From: Pseudomonadota bacterium
Lineage (GTDB): Bacteria > Pseudomonadota > Gammaproteobacteria > Halothiobacillales > Halothiobacillaceae
Direction: 5' to 3'
DNA length: 32,000 bases
Assembly: GCA_040758395.1 (NCBI GenBank)
Contig: JBFLVP010000022.1
Span: 24,968 to 56,967 of the forward strand
Below are positions 14,368 through 22,129 of this stretch, one piece after another. Position numbers and translations under genes: made by a program. How positions within the stretch are numbered: the first letter of the stretch is position 1; each line of letters begins with the position of its first letter. Under the pieces are notes generated by a model. That model did not search any database and was not told the DNA's origin. It was given only the letters and a program-made list of their open reading frames with translations.

Positions 14368-15603
14368 TCAGGCCACGGACGGGAATCGGACCACCTCAGC
14401 CCCCGCTTTCAGCTTGCCCAGGTAGTCCGCCCACGCCTGCATCATCTTCCTGCGCTCCGGCAGGTGGGCGGTCCGGTTATAGGCCCTGCCGTTGGCATCC
14501 TTCACGGCGTGCGCCAACTGGTGCTCGATGAGGTCGATACGGAAGCCCAGCACCTCATCCAGCAGGGTGCGGGCGATGGCGCGGAAGCCGTGCCCGGTCA
14601 TCTCATCCTTGTGGATGTCCAGGCGGCGCATGGCGGACAGGATGGCGTTATCGCTCATGGGACGGGCGCGGGTGCGGGCGCTTGGGAAAACGTATTCACT
14701 CGCGCAGGTCAGGGGGTGAAGCTCGCGCAGAATCTCGACGGCCTGGCGGCTCAGGGGAACAACGTGCTCCGTCTTGGTTTTGCTTACGCGGTACACCCAT
14801 TCGGCGGCGTCCAGGTCCACATCACGCCAGCGCATGGTGCGCAGTTCGCCAGGACGGACGAAAACCAGCGGTGCAAGGCGCAGGGCGCAGGCCACGATGA
14901 AACCACCCTGATAGCCGTCCAGGGTGCGCAGCAAGGCCCCTACCCTTCGCTCGCGTTCCTTCGGCTCCAGGGTGCCATCAATGACGGCGGCAAGATGCTT
15001 TTCCCGTGCTGGCGGCAATGCGCCGCGCAGGTCGCCCGTGGGGTCGCGTTCGGCCCGTCCGGTCGCCACGGCGTAGCGGAAGATTTGCCCGCAGTTGCCC
15101 AGCACCCGGTGGGCGGTTTCCAGCGCCCCGCGTTCCTCGATTCGGCGAAGGTGAATCAGAAGCTCGGGCGCCTTGATGTCGGCAATGGGCTTGCTGCCCA
15201 ACCAGGGGAAGATGTCGCGCTCCAGTCGCTTGGTCATATTGTCCACATGGCGCGGGGACCAGGTGGGTGCGTACTTTGCCAGCCACTCGCGTGCGACTAC
15301 CTCGAAGCTGTTCGCGGCCCGCTCCTGTCCCGCTTGCTTGGCGGCCTTCCTGTGTTCGCCGGGGTCGATGCCTTGTGCAAGCTGCTCTCGCGCCTCGGTG
15401 TGTTTCCTGCGCGCTTCTTTCAGGCTCACGTCGGGGTAGGCCCCCAGGGCGAGGGTCTTTCGCTTGCCCATGTGGCGGTAGTCGTACCTCCACAGGCGTC
15501 CTCCCTTGGGGGTCACGAGAAGGTAGAGGCCCGCGCCGTCAGTCAGCTTGACGGGCTTGTCCGTGGGCTTGGCGTTGCGGATGGCGGTGTCGGTAAGGGG
15601 CAT
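14368..15603 (-). CDS. int: Tyrosine-type site-specific integrase, P4/CP4-57 family (DUF4102 N-terminal arm-binding domain)
   Basis: 411 aa. The N-terminus is LTDTAIRNAKPTDKPVKLTDGAGLYLLVTPKGGRLWRYDYR..GKRKTLALGAYPDVSLKEARRK. The catalytic region has HGFRAIARTLL and a C-terminal RAYNRTAHLPERRKMMQAWADYL. It lies next to the tmRNA 3' end. Confidence 0.95.
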   Translation of the reverse strand: MPLTDTAIRNAKPTDKPVKLTDGAGLYLLVTPKGGRLWRYDYRHMGKRKTLALGAYPDVSLKEARRKHTEAREQLAQGIDPGEHRKAAKQAGQERAANSFEVVAREWLAKYAPTWSPRHVDNMTKRLERDIFPWLGSKPIADIKAPELLIHLRRIEERGALETAHRVLGNCGQIFRYAVATGRAERDPTGDLRGALPPAREKHLAAVIDGTLEPKERERRVGALLRTLDGYQGGFIVACALRLAPLVFVRPGELRTMRWRDVDLDAAEWVYRVSKTKTEHVVPLSRQAVEILRELHPLTCASEYVFPSARTRARPMSDNAILSAMRRLDIHKDEMTGHGFRAIARTLLDEVLGFRIDLIEHQLAHAVKDANGRAYNRTAHLPERRKMMQAWADYLGKLKAGAEVVRFPSVA

Positions 15604-15661
15604 GACGGTATCTCGTCTGGCGGTAGCTCAAGTACCGTCAAAGATGCCGTCACATACCGCC
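15603..15661. promoter_or_regulatory. Right-end cluster of five TACCG(T/C)C(A) motifs (candidate integrase arm sites / int autoregulatory region)
   Basis: Direct copies: TACCGTCA 15633-15640, TGCCGTCA 15645-15652 and TACCGCC 15655-15661. Inverted copies: TGACGGTAT 15603-15611, which overlaps the int ATG, and GGCGGTA 15619-15625. Confidence 0.5.
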
Positions 15662-15704
15662 GGATTTCAAGAGGCGGCATCGCACACAGTCGGACGATGC
15701 GACA

Positions 15705-15730
15705 ATAAAAAACCCGCTAGAGTGCGGGTT
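15705..15730 (-). terminator. Rho-independent terminator downstream of ssrA
   Basis: On the minus strand the sequence reads AACCCGC-ACTCTA-GCGGGTT followed by TTTTTT. The stems are at 15724-15730 and 15711-17. It begins 36 nt after the tmRNA CCA end. Confidence 0.8.
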
Positions 15731-15765
15731 TCGTGGATGTCTTCGGATGTCGTCGGACTAAAATT

Positions 15766-16131
15766 TGGTGGAGGTGGGGGGAGTTGAACCCCCGTCCGCA
15801 AGCCCTCTGCTGTTGGCACTACATGCTTAGTCTCGCCTACTGGATTTAACCGCTCAGTCTCCGACGGACGGGATGCTGAACAGCGAGCCCTGAAGTTTTA
15901 GCCGCACGCTTTCGGGCAAAGCGCTTGGCGATTCTGTAATGGATGACCCCTGAATGGCCTTGCGGCCTCCGGACTTACAGACAAGAACCGGTCAGAGGCC
16001 CAGCCGGGTTAAGCGGCCAGGGAGTATACGTCGTCGTTGGCGTATATTTTTTTTGCGGCTGTTTCACGAGGTTTCCGCACCTCGGCATGCACCTCGAGCT
16101 TTGCAACCCACGTCGAAGCCAGGTCACCCCC
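15766..16131 (-). ncRNA. ssrA: tmRNA (transfer-messenger RNA, SsrA), 366 nt
   Basis: The 5' end GGGGGUGACCUGGCUUCGACG pairs with the 3' end ...GGUUCAACUCCCCCCACCUCCACCA, forming an acceptor stem with the G3:U pair plus a T-arm. The internal tag reading frame (16041-16009) is GCC AAC GAC GAC GTA TAC TCC CTG GCC GCT TAA, giving ANDDVYSLAA. Confidence 0.92.
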
Positions 16132-16145
16132 GAAGCATGTTAGGT

Positions 16146-16173
16146 ATGATGAGGCTTGGCGCGAAAAGTTCAA
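16146..16173 (-). promoter_or_regulatory. Possible ssrA promoter
   Basis: On the minus strand: TTGAAC (16173-16168), a 16-nt spacer, then CATCAT (16151-16146). It ends about 14 nt upstream of the mature 5' end, consistent with a short RNase P-processed leader. The -10 element is weak. Confidence 0.25.
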
Positions 16174-16212
16174 GGGCTGATTGAAGAACCTGTCTTCAAA
16201 ACGCCCACCGGC

Positions 16213-17154
16213 TCACACGAAAAAAGCAGGGGCGTGCTCAAGCAATTGCTCGCGGGTGAGCAGGAACACACCGTCCTCGCCATGCTCGAAATGCAGCCAG
16301 GTGAAAGGCACCTCGGGCCAGGTGGTTTCAACATGCACCATGCTGTTGCCGACCTCGACCATCAACACGCCACCGGCCTCCAGATGGTCCGGCGCCTCGC
16401 GCAAGATGCGGCGCACGATATCGAGCCCGTCCTCGCCCGCCGCCAAAGCCATGCGCGGTTCGTGCAGGTACTCGGGTGGCAGTTCGGCCATGTCGCGCGC
16501 ATCGACATAGGGCGGGTTGCTCACAATCAGGTCGTAGCGACGCCCCATCACCGGTGCGAAGAGATCACCCTCCAGAAGCTCAACCTGCTCCGTCAGCCCG
16601 AGCTTTTGACGATTGAGATGGGCAAGGTCGAGTGCCTCCGGAGACAGGTCAACCGCGTCAACCATCGCCTCCGGGAAGAAATGGGCACAGGCCAGCGCAA
16701 TGCAACCGCCACCGGTGCATAAATCGAGGACCCGCTGGACGCGGTCGCCTTCCACCCAAGGCTCGAAACCCTGCTGGATCAGCTCGCCAAAGGGCGAGCG
16801 CGGAACCAGGGCACGAGCGTCAACGTGAAACTCCAGCCCGGCAAACCACGCGCGGTTGACCAGATAGGCGGTTGGCACTCGCTCCACGCAACGGCGACGG
16901 AGGAGTTCGGCGACATGGTGCCGTTCGGTCGCGCTCAGGACCGAATCGAACCACTGCTGATCCAGATCCGGAGGCAGATCGAGGGCCTGCAGGACCAGAT
17001 AGGCGGCCTCATCCAGCGCATTGTCGGTGCCATGACCATAATGGACCTGGTGGCGCGAGAAGGCACTCATGGCCCAGCGCATGAAATCGCGCAGGGTGTG
17101 AAGATCCCTGGCGGCCTCGTCGAAACCCATCTCCTGCAATGGCTGCTTGTGCAT
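16213..17154 (-). CDS. prmB: 50S ribosomal protein L3 N5-glutamine methyltransferase
   Basis: 313 aa with VLDLCTGGGCIALA (SAM-binding motif) and the IVSNPPY catalytic motif. The N-terminal extension is typical of PrmB rather than PrmC. Confidence 0.88.
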   Translation of the reverse strand: MHKQPLQEMGFDEAARDLHTLRDFMRWAMSAFSRHQVHYGHGTDNALDEAAYLVLQALDLPPDLDQQWFDSVLSATERHHVAELLRRRCVERVPTAYLVNRAWFAGLEFHVDARALVPRSPFGELIQQGFEPWVEGDRVQRVLDLCTGGGCIALACAHFFPEAMVDAVDLSPEALDLAHLNRQKLGLTEQVELLEGDLFAPVMGRRYDLIVSNPPYVDARDMAELPPEYLHEPRMALAAGEDGLDIVRRILREAPDHLEAGGVLMVEVGNSMVHVETTWPEVPFTWLHFEHGEDGVFLLTREQLLEHAPAFFV

Positions 17155-17219
17155 GCTAGTCCCGTTCCCGCCCCTTCGGACGGTGTATCATCAAGTTTTC
17201 ATTCCGAGCCACGCAAACC

Positions 17220-18098
17220 ATGTCATCCAAGCTGCGTGACGCCCTGTTCGTCAGCCTGCAATATATCTTGCCTCACCACCTGATCTCACGCGCGGTCTAC
17301 GCCATGACCCGCTGGCGTACACCGTTGACCGCGCCCGCAATTCGAGCCTTCAGTAAGCATTTTGGAGTGAATCTGGAAGAGGCCGTGGAGAGTGACCCCT
17401 CCGCGTATCCAACCTTCAATGCCTTTTTCACCCGCCGACTGAAGCCCGGTCTCCGTGAATTTGCCGAAGGCGAAGACGTGGCCGCGTGCCCGGTGGATGG
17501 CACCATCAGCCAGTTCGGCCGCATCGAGGATGGCCGCATCTTCCAGGCCAAGGGGCATGACTATTCCCTGGTCGAATTGCTGGGTGGTGACCTCTCGCGG
17601 GCGGAGCCCTACCGCAACGGCCAGTTTGTCACCATCTACCTCTCACCGCGCGACTATCACCGTATCCACATGCCGCTGGCCGGCCAACTGACCCAGATGG
17701 TGCATGTGCCCGGTCGGCTGTTCTCGGTCAACCCGTTGACGGTCGCGCGGGTGCCACGCCTGTTTGCCCGCAACGAACGCGTCGCCGCGTTATTCGAAAC
17801 AGCCGAGGGGCCGATGGGCATGGTGTTGGTTGGGGCGATCAATGTCGCGGCCATCGAGACCGTATGGTCCGGCTTGGTAACCCCGCCACGCGGGCGGGAA
17901 ATCAGCGTATGGAACTATGGTGAGCAGGTCAGCGTCAATTTGCCGCGTGCAGCCGAGATGGGGCGTTTCAACATGGGATCGACCGTCATACTCCTGCTAC
18001 CACAGGATTTTGCCTTCCGCCCCGACCTGGCCCCCGGCATGCCGGTCCGCCTGGGTGAGGCCTTGGCCCAGCGCCTGCCCTGGCCAGAGTCCGCCTAA
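17220..18098 (+). CDS. psd: Phosphatidylserine decarboxylase proenzyme
   Basis: 292 aa with FFTRRLKPG, YLSPRDYHRIHMP and the self-cleavage motif FNMGSTVILL (the G-S-T site). Confidence 0.92.
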   Translation: MSSKLRDALFVSLQYILPHHLISRAVYAMTRWRTPLTAPAIRAFSKHFGVNLEEAVESDPSAYPTFNAFFTRRLKPGLREFAEGEDVAACPVDGTISQFGRIEDGRIFQAKGHDYSLVELLGGDLSRAEPYRNGQFVTIYLSPRDYHRIHMPLAGQLTQMVHVPGRLFSVNPLTVARVPRLFARNERVAALFETAEGPMGMVLVGAINVAAIETVWSGLVTPPRGREISVWNYGEQVSVNLPRAAEMGRFNMGSTVILLLPQDFAFRPDLAPGMPVRLGEALAQRLPWPESA

Positions 18099-18200
18099 AC
18101 CGCCGATGGTGGTGACCACGATGAACAGGCTGTGAATAACTCCACTCGAGCCGCATTGTAATCAACGTGGAGTAGCTATACTGGCCTTGAACATCGCGAT

Positions 18201-19979
18201 ATGGAATTGAACATGGATGCTGGCCTTACCGAGCAACTGCTTCACAGTCCTGACAAACTTCGCGAACACCTGGCCTCGCAGGCGAGCATGAGCCCGATGC
18301 GAGATGCACTTGCTCTGAGTGCCGTGCTCAGTTCATCCGAATTCGCGCTGTTGCATGGCAAGACATTGGTGGAGTGTCTTGAAGCCGCCTGGCCCAGCGC
18401 GTCGGAATGGCTGAAGTCCATCGAACGCAAGATCAACCTCGCCTGCAACCAGAGCAACTCTGAGGAATGCGAGGATCTGCATGCCCACAACCGACTCTCA
18501 TCCAGTCTGCTTGATGGTTATCAGCGCTCCATCGAGGAACTGCGGGGTACCCGTGAACCATGGTGGGGGTCCTCTCCCCGCTTGATTGCACTTACCCGTG
18601 CAGCAGATCTATTGGTTCGCACGGCCATCCTGAGACGGCAACTCTACAATGGGACACCCGATAAGCTGTGGCTCAGCCTGCATGCACTGATCCAGGAGGC
18701 TGAACGCACCCACCTGCTGACCAAATCATTTCAGCACGGGAATCGGGAAGCCGCTGAGCCCAGCCTGCAAGCACGTTACATTGCCTTTGCCCTGCTCAAC
18801 ACAGCTTCGCCCGAAGGGATGCCCGCGCACGAAATCCCCCCCCTTCACGCCTACCTCCTTCATCTTGCGAGCCAGACCACCCTCGGCGCCACCCTGCACA
18901 ATCAGCCCGGAAGTTTCCTCCTTCTCCACTTGGAGTGCGATGCACCACCGGTTCTGGAACATGACATTGCAACCCTGAACGCCATCGATGCCCGTCTGAT
19001 CGACCCCGCGCCAGTCATCCATGCCTTGCGCTTGATGCTCGCACAAAGCGATCAGGATCATCTTCTTGTTAGGGAATCGGCTGTCGTGCTCTCACGCGCC
19101 ACCATCGAGCGCTGTATCGAGCGATTGGGCGAGCGAGCGGAACGCAAGTCACAACGCTCGACGGCGAAAGGGATAGCCTGCCTGTGGTCTGGACGATGCA
19201 GTGTCATCCATCGCCTGCAACAGCGGGCAAACATCCCCCAGGCGTGGCGGGAATGTGTGAACGCTCCACCCGAGGCATCCCCTCCTCCCGAAGAAATCAT
19301 TCATCTCGATCGTGAAGGGGTGGATGCCCCACCGCGCGAAACGCTGCGACTAACCCCATTGCGTCGCTCACATTCCGCGGATGAGCTTTGGGAAATGGTG
19401 TCTCAGCGCCACCTCATCGAGGATAAACAGACCGGTGGCAAGACGTCAGATCACTCCCCTCAGCCCGCGGGTGATCTCAAACCATCCAAACTGATACATG
19501 GCATGTCACTCCTGGATGCGAGCCTTCAGGGCTTGCGCTTGCGGGGTCCAAGCCCAGCCGGCCAGCCCCTGAAGGTCGGCGATCCACTCTTGATCGAGTT
19601 TCCCGATGCAAGCCGTGATGGTTACGTCATTGGCGTACTGCGCTGGCAGAAGAGCCTTGGCGAGCAACATGTCGAGGTCGGCATCGAGGTTCTCGCTCAC
19701 AGTGCCCTCCCTTTGCGGGTCTCGGCTCCTCAGAGCAACACCACCGCCTGGTTCGATGCACTGATCATGACTCAGTCCATGCTGGGCAACGCCCCCTTGA
19801 TCATGTTGCCAAACAATAACTACCATGCGGGTTCAGTGATCATGACGTCCCATGAAGGCACGATGGTCCAATTGCGCCTGGGTCGCAAAATGTTGCAGAC
19901 CGCAGCCATTGCCGTGTTCCAGTTCCGCGGTGAACACCCGGCCGAGGACGAAGCCGCCTACTCCATGCCCCGCCCGTGA
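18201..19979 (+). CDS. Hypothetical protein (592 aa) with a C-terminal PilZ-like beta-barrel domain
   Basis: The C-terminal roughly 150 aa contain LLDASLQGLRL (DxSxxG), then VGDPLLIEF ... GVLRWQK ... VEVGIEVL, a PilZ-like pattern. There is no RxxxR at the canonical distance; the nearest, RETLR, is about 55 aa upstream. The stop overlaps the next gene's GTG (GTGA). Confidence 0.7.
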   Translation: MELNMDAGLTEQLLHSPDKLREHLASQASMSPMRDALALSAVLSSSEFALLHGKTLVECLEAAWPSASEWLKSIERKINLACNQSNSEECEDLHAHNRLSSSLLDGYQRSIEELRGTREPWWGSSPRLIALTRAADLLVRTAILRRQLYNGTPDKLWLSLHALIQEAERTHLLTKSFQHGNREAAEPSLQARYIAFALLNTASPEGMPAHEIPPLHAYLLHLASQTTLGATLHNQPGSFLLLHLECDAPPVLEHDIATLNAIDARLIDPAPVIHALRLMLAQSDQDHLLVRESAVVLSRATIERCIERLGERAERKSQRSTAKGIACLWSGRCSVIHRLQQRANIPQAWRECVNAPPEASPPPEEIIHLDREGVDAPPRETLRLTPLRRSHSADELWEMVSQRHLIEDKQTGGKTSDHSPQPAGDLKPSKLIHGMSLLDASLQGLRLRGPSPAGQPLKVGDPLLIEFPDASRDGYVIGVLRWQKSLGEQHVEVGIEVLAHSALPLRVSAPQSNTTAWFDALIMTQSMLGNAPLIMLPNNNYHAGSVIMTSHEGTMVQLRLGRKMLQTAAIAVFQFRGEHPAEDEAAYSMPRP

Positions 19980-22075
19980 ACAACGTAATGAGCAAACCAG
20001 CACCCTTGCGCCTGATCGCCTTTCACGATTCGATCAATGACGCTGTTGCCCTCGCCAGTCAGCTCCGCAATGCCGGTGTTCAGGCGCAAGCCCGCCATGC
20101 CGAGGATCTCCCTCAACTTCATGAACTCTTGCGCGAGGAAAACGCGGATCTTGTTCTGCACCTGCTCGAGTTGCCCGAACCCACCCTGGCCGAGGTGGTG
20201 CAAAGCCTCTCGACACGCCAACCCGCATTGCCCGTACTGGGCATGACGGAAGATTACAATATCGAGCGCCTTGGTCAGGCCATCCGTGACGGAGCGGTGG
20301 ACCTGATCGCTCTGGAGCACCCCCCTCATCTGCTTCACGTCATCCGTCGCGAGATGGAGGCTCTCAACTCCCGCCGCCGCCTTGTCCAGCTCGAGAGCAT
20401 GCACCAGGAGTCCGAGCGCCGCTGTCATGCCTTGATGGAAAGCTCCCGCGACGCCATAGCCTATGTCCATGGCGGCATGCACATCTACGCCAACGCGGTA
20501 TACCTTGAAAAGCTTGGGTTCAAGCGTCTGGAGGATATGGAAGGCACTCCACTGCTGGATCAGGTGGACCATCGCGATCACTCTCGGCTGCGGGAACTCA
20601 TGCGCGAGCAACCGGATGGCGAGGGCCAGTCGAACACGCTCGACGAGGTCGAGTTCAAGCGCCAGGATGGCAGCAGCTTCAAGGCCTCGGTCGAGATCTC
20701 GCCCGCCACCATCGAGGGGGAACCCTGCACCCAGGTGCTCATTCGCACCCGCGACGACACCAAGGCCCTGGAGGAGCAGATCAACTTCCTCAGCCAGCGC
20801 GATCTTCTGACCGGCCTCTACAACCGCCAGTACTTCCTCCAGCAACTCGAAGCAGGGCTCAACGCAGCACGCGAAGAGGAGCATCAGGCCGCCCTCATCC
20901 ACCTGCAAATCACCAACACGAAGGACATCAAGCACAAGCTTGGGGTGGCCGGCATGGATGTGCTGATCACCGAGGCCGGCAAACTGATCGAGAAAGTGGT
21001 CGGCCCCGAAACGCTGCTCTCACGTTACGGAGCCCATGCCTTTGCCGTCTTGATCGCCGATCATGACAGTCAGAATGCGGCCAGCTTCGCACGCAAGATC
21101 ATCAGCTGTCTGACCCAGCACATCTTCGAGGTTGGCGGACAGTCCACCACCGTCAAGGTTGCAGCCGGCATCGCCCTCCTTGACCAAGATACTCCGAGCG
21201 TCAACGAACTGCTCAACCGCGCCGAACGCGCCACCATGGATGCCGAAGCCCATCCATCCGACGATGTAGCGCTCTACAAGCCCAAGGAAGGCGAGGTTTC
21301 ACAGGGTGAGCAAGATGAGCAGTGGAATCGTCTTCTGCGGGATGCCCTGCGTGCCAACCGCTTCCGTCTATTGTTCCAGCCTCTCCTCAGCTTGCAGGGT
21401 GAGACCGGGCGCCAGCGCTATGAAACCTTCCTCCGCCTGCTTGACGAACAGGGGCAGCCGATCTCGCCGAGTGTGTTCATTGCCGCCGCCGAACGTACCG
21501 AGATCAGCCGCGCCATTGACCGCTGGGTCATACTCAACGCCCTGCAACAGATCGCGGAAGCGCGCCAGCGCCAGCTCCGCGTGCAGCTATTCGTGCGCCT
21601 TTCCTCACGCACCGTGGCCGACCCCGAATTCCCCGGCTGGCTCAGCGAACGCCTGATGGCCATGCAGATCCACGATGGCTCGCTGGCGGTTGAAATCAGC
21701 GAATCGGTTGCCGCCGACCATCTCAAGCAGACCAAGGACCTCCAGCGCCATCTTACCAGCATCAACTGCCCGATCCTGATCGACGGTTTTGGTCTGGGCG
21801 ATGACCCCTTCCGGGTGCTCAACTACCTTGATGTCCAATGGCTCAAGCTTGATCGCAGCCTGATGGAATCCTTCGCCAGCCAGAAGGCGAATCAGGAGAA
21901 AGTGCGCGAACTGATCCGTACCAACAAGGAGCGCAGCGGCAACCAGCTGATCGTGGCCAACGTCGAGGATGCCACGACGCTCCAGCTGGTACTTGGCGAC
22001 GGGGCGGACTTTGTCCAGGGGAACTTCATTCAGCCCCCTGTCGAACGACTCGATTTCGACTTCAACGCCTTCTGA
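19976..22075 (+). CDS. FimX-like c-di-GMP signalling protein: REC-like, PAS, degenerate GGDEF and degenerate EAL domains
   Basis: The GGDEF position reads RYGAHAF. The EAL domain keeps ETF-LRL, EISE, KLD and QG, but has VRLSS where the family has NLS, DGFG in place of DDFG, and ANVED in place of AEGVE. The PAS region is SRDAIAYVHGGMHIYANAVYLEKLGF. Alternative start at ATG 19988. Confidence 0.85.
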   Translation: MNNVMSKPAPLRLIAFHDSINDAVALASQLRNAGVQAQARHAEDLPQLHELLREENADLVLHLLELPEPTLAEVVQSLSTRQPALPVLGMTEDYNIERLGQAIRDGAVDLIALEHPPHLLHVIRREMEALNSRRRLVQLESMHQESERRCHALMESSRDAIAYVHGGMHIYANAVYLEKLGFKRLEDMEGTPLLDQVDHRDHSRLRELMREQPDGEGQSNTLDEVEFKRQDGSSFKASVEISPATIEGEPCTQVLIRTRDDTKALEEQINFLSQRDLLTGLYNRQYFLQQLEAGLNAAREEEHQAALIHLQITNTKDIKHKLGVAGMDVLITEAGKLIEKVVGPETLLSRYGAHAFAVLIADHDSQNAASFARKIISCLTQHIFEVGGQSTTVKVAAGIALLDQDTPSVNELLNRAERATMDAEAHPSDDVALYKPKEGEVSQGEQDEQWNRLLRDALRANRFRLLFQPLLSLQGETGRQRYETFLRLLDEQGQPISPSVFIAAAERTEISRAIDRWVILNALQQIAEARQRQLRVQLFVRLSSRTVADPEFPGWLSERLMAMQIHDGSLAVEISESVAADHLKQTKDLQRHLTSINCPILIDGFGLGDDPFRVLNYLDVQWLKLDRSLMESFASQKANQEKVRELIRTNKERSGNQLIVANVEDATTLQLVLGDGADFVQGNFIQPPVERLDFDFNAF

Positions 22076-22129
22076 CAATTCAGTTGCTAGACTCCTCTCA
22101 GAGCTTGTTCGACCGGGAGGAGTGCTGGC

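Larger units (their letters stand above)
9261..15711 (-). mobile_element. ssrA-adjacent integrative island of about 6.4 kb (int, alpA, helicase, small-ORF cargo); satellite/PICI-like. Boundaries are approximate
   Basis: A P4-type integrase gene starts 163 bp from the tmRNA 3' end. All 11 island ORFs are on the minus strand. Tandem TRCCGTCA motifs occur at both ends (9371-9390 and 15633-15661). The only exact direct repeat I found at the junctions is CAATAAAAA (9261-9269 and 15703-15711). The flanking genes are ordinary core genes. Confidence 0.7.

Noticed and set aside
15943-16184. ORF-track ORFs 15943-16143(+) and 15954-16184(+).
   Set aside because: They lie antisense within the tmRNA gene, and the RNA structure explains the sequence.
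22091-22123. The hairpin ACTCCTC/GAGGAGT sequestering the SD of the P-type ATPase could be a metal riboswitch or translational control element.
   Set aside because: It has only a 7-bp stem with a 19-nt loop in a 54-bp leader. I can see no resemblance to the M-box or other known leaders. This is too weak to claim.
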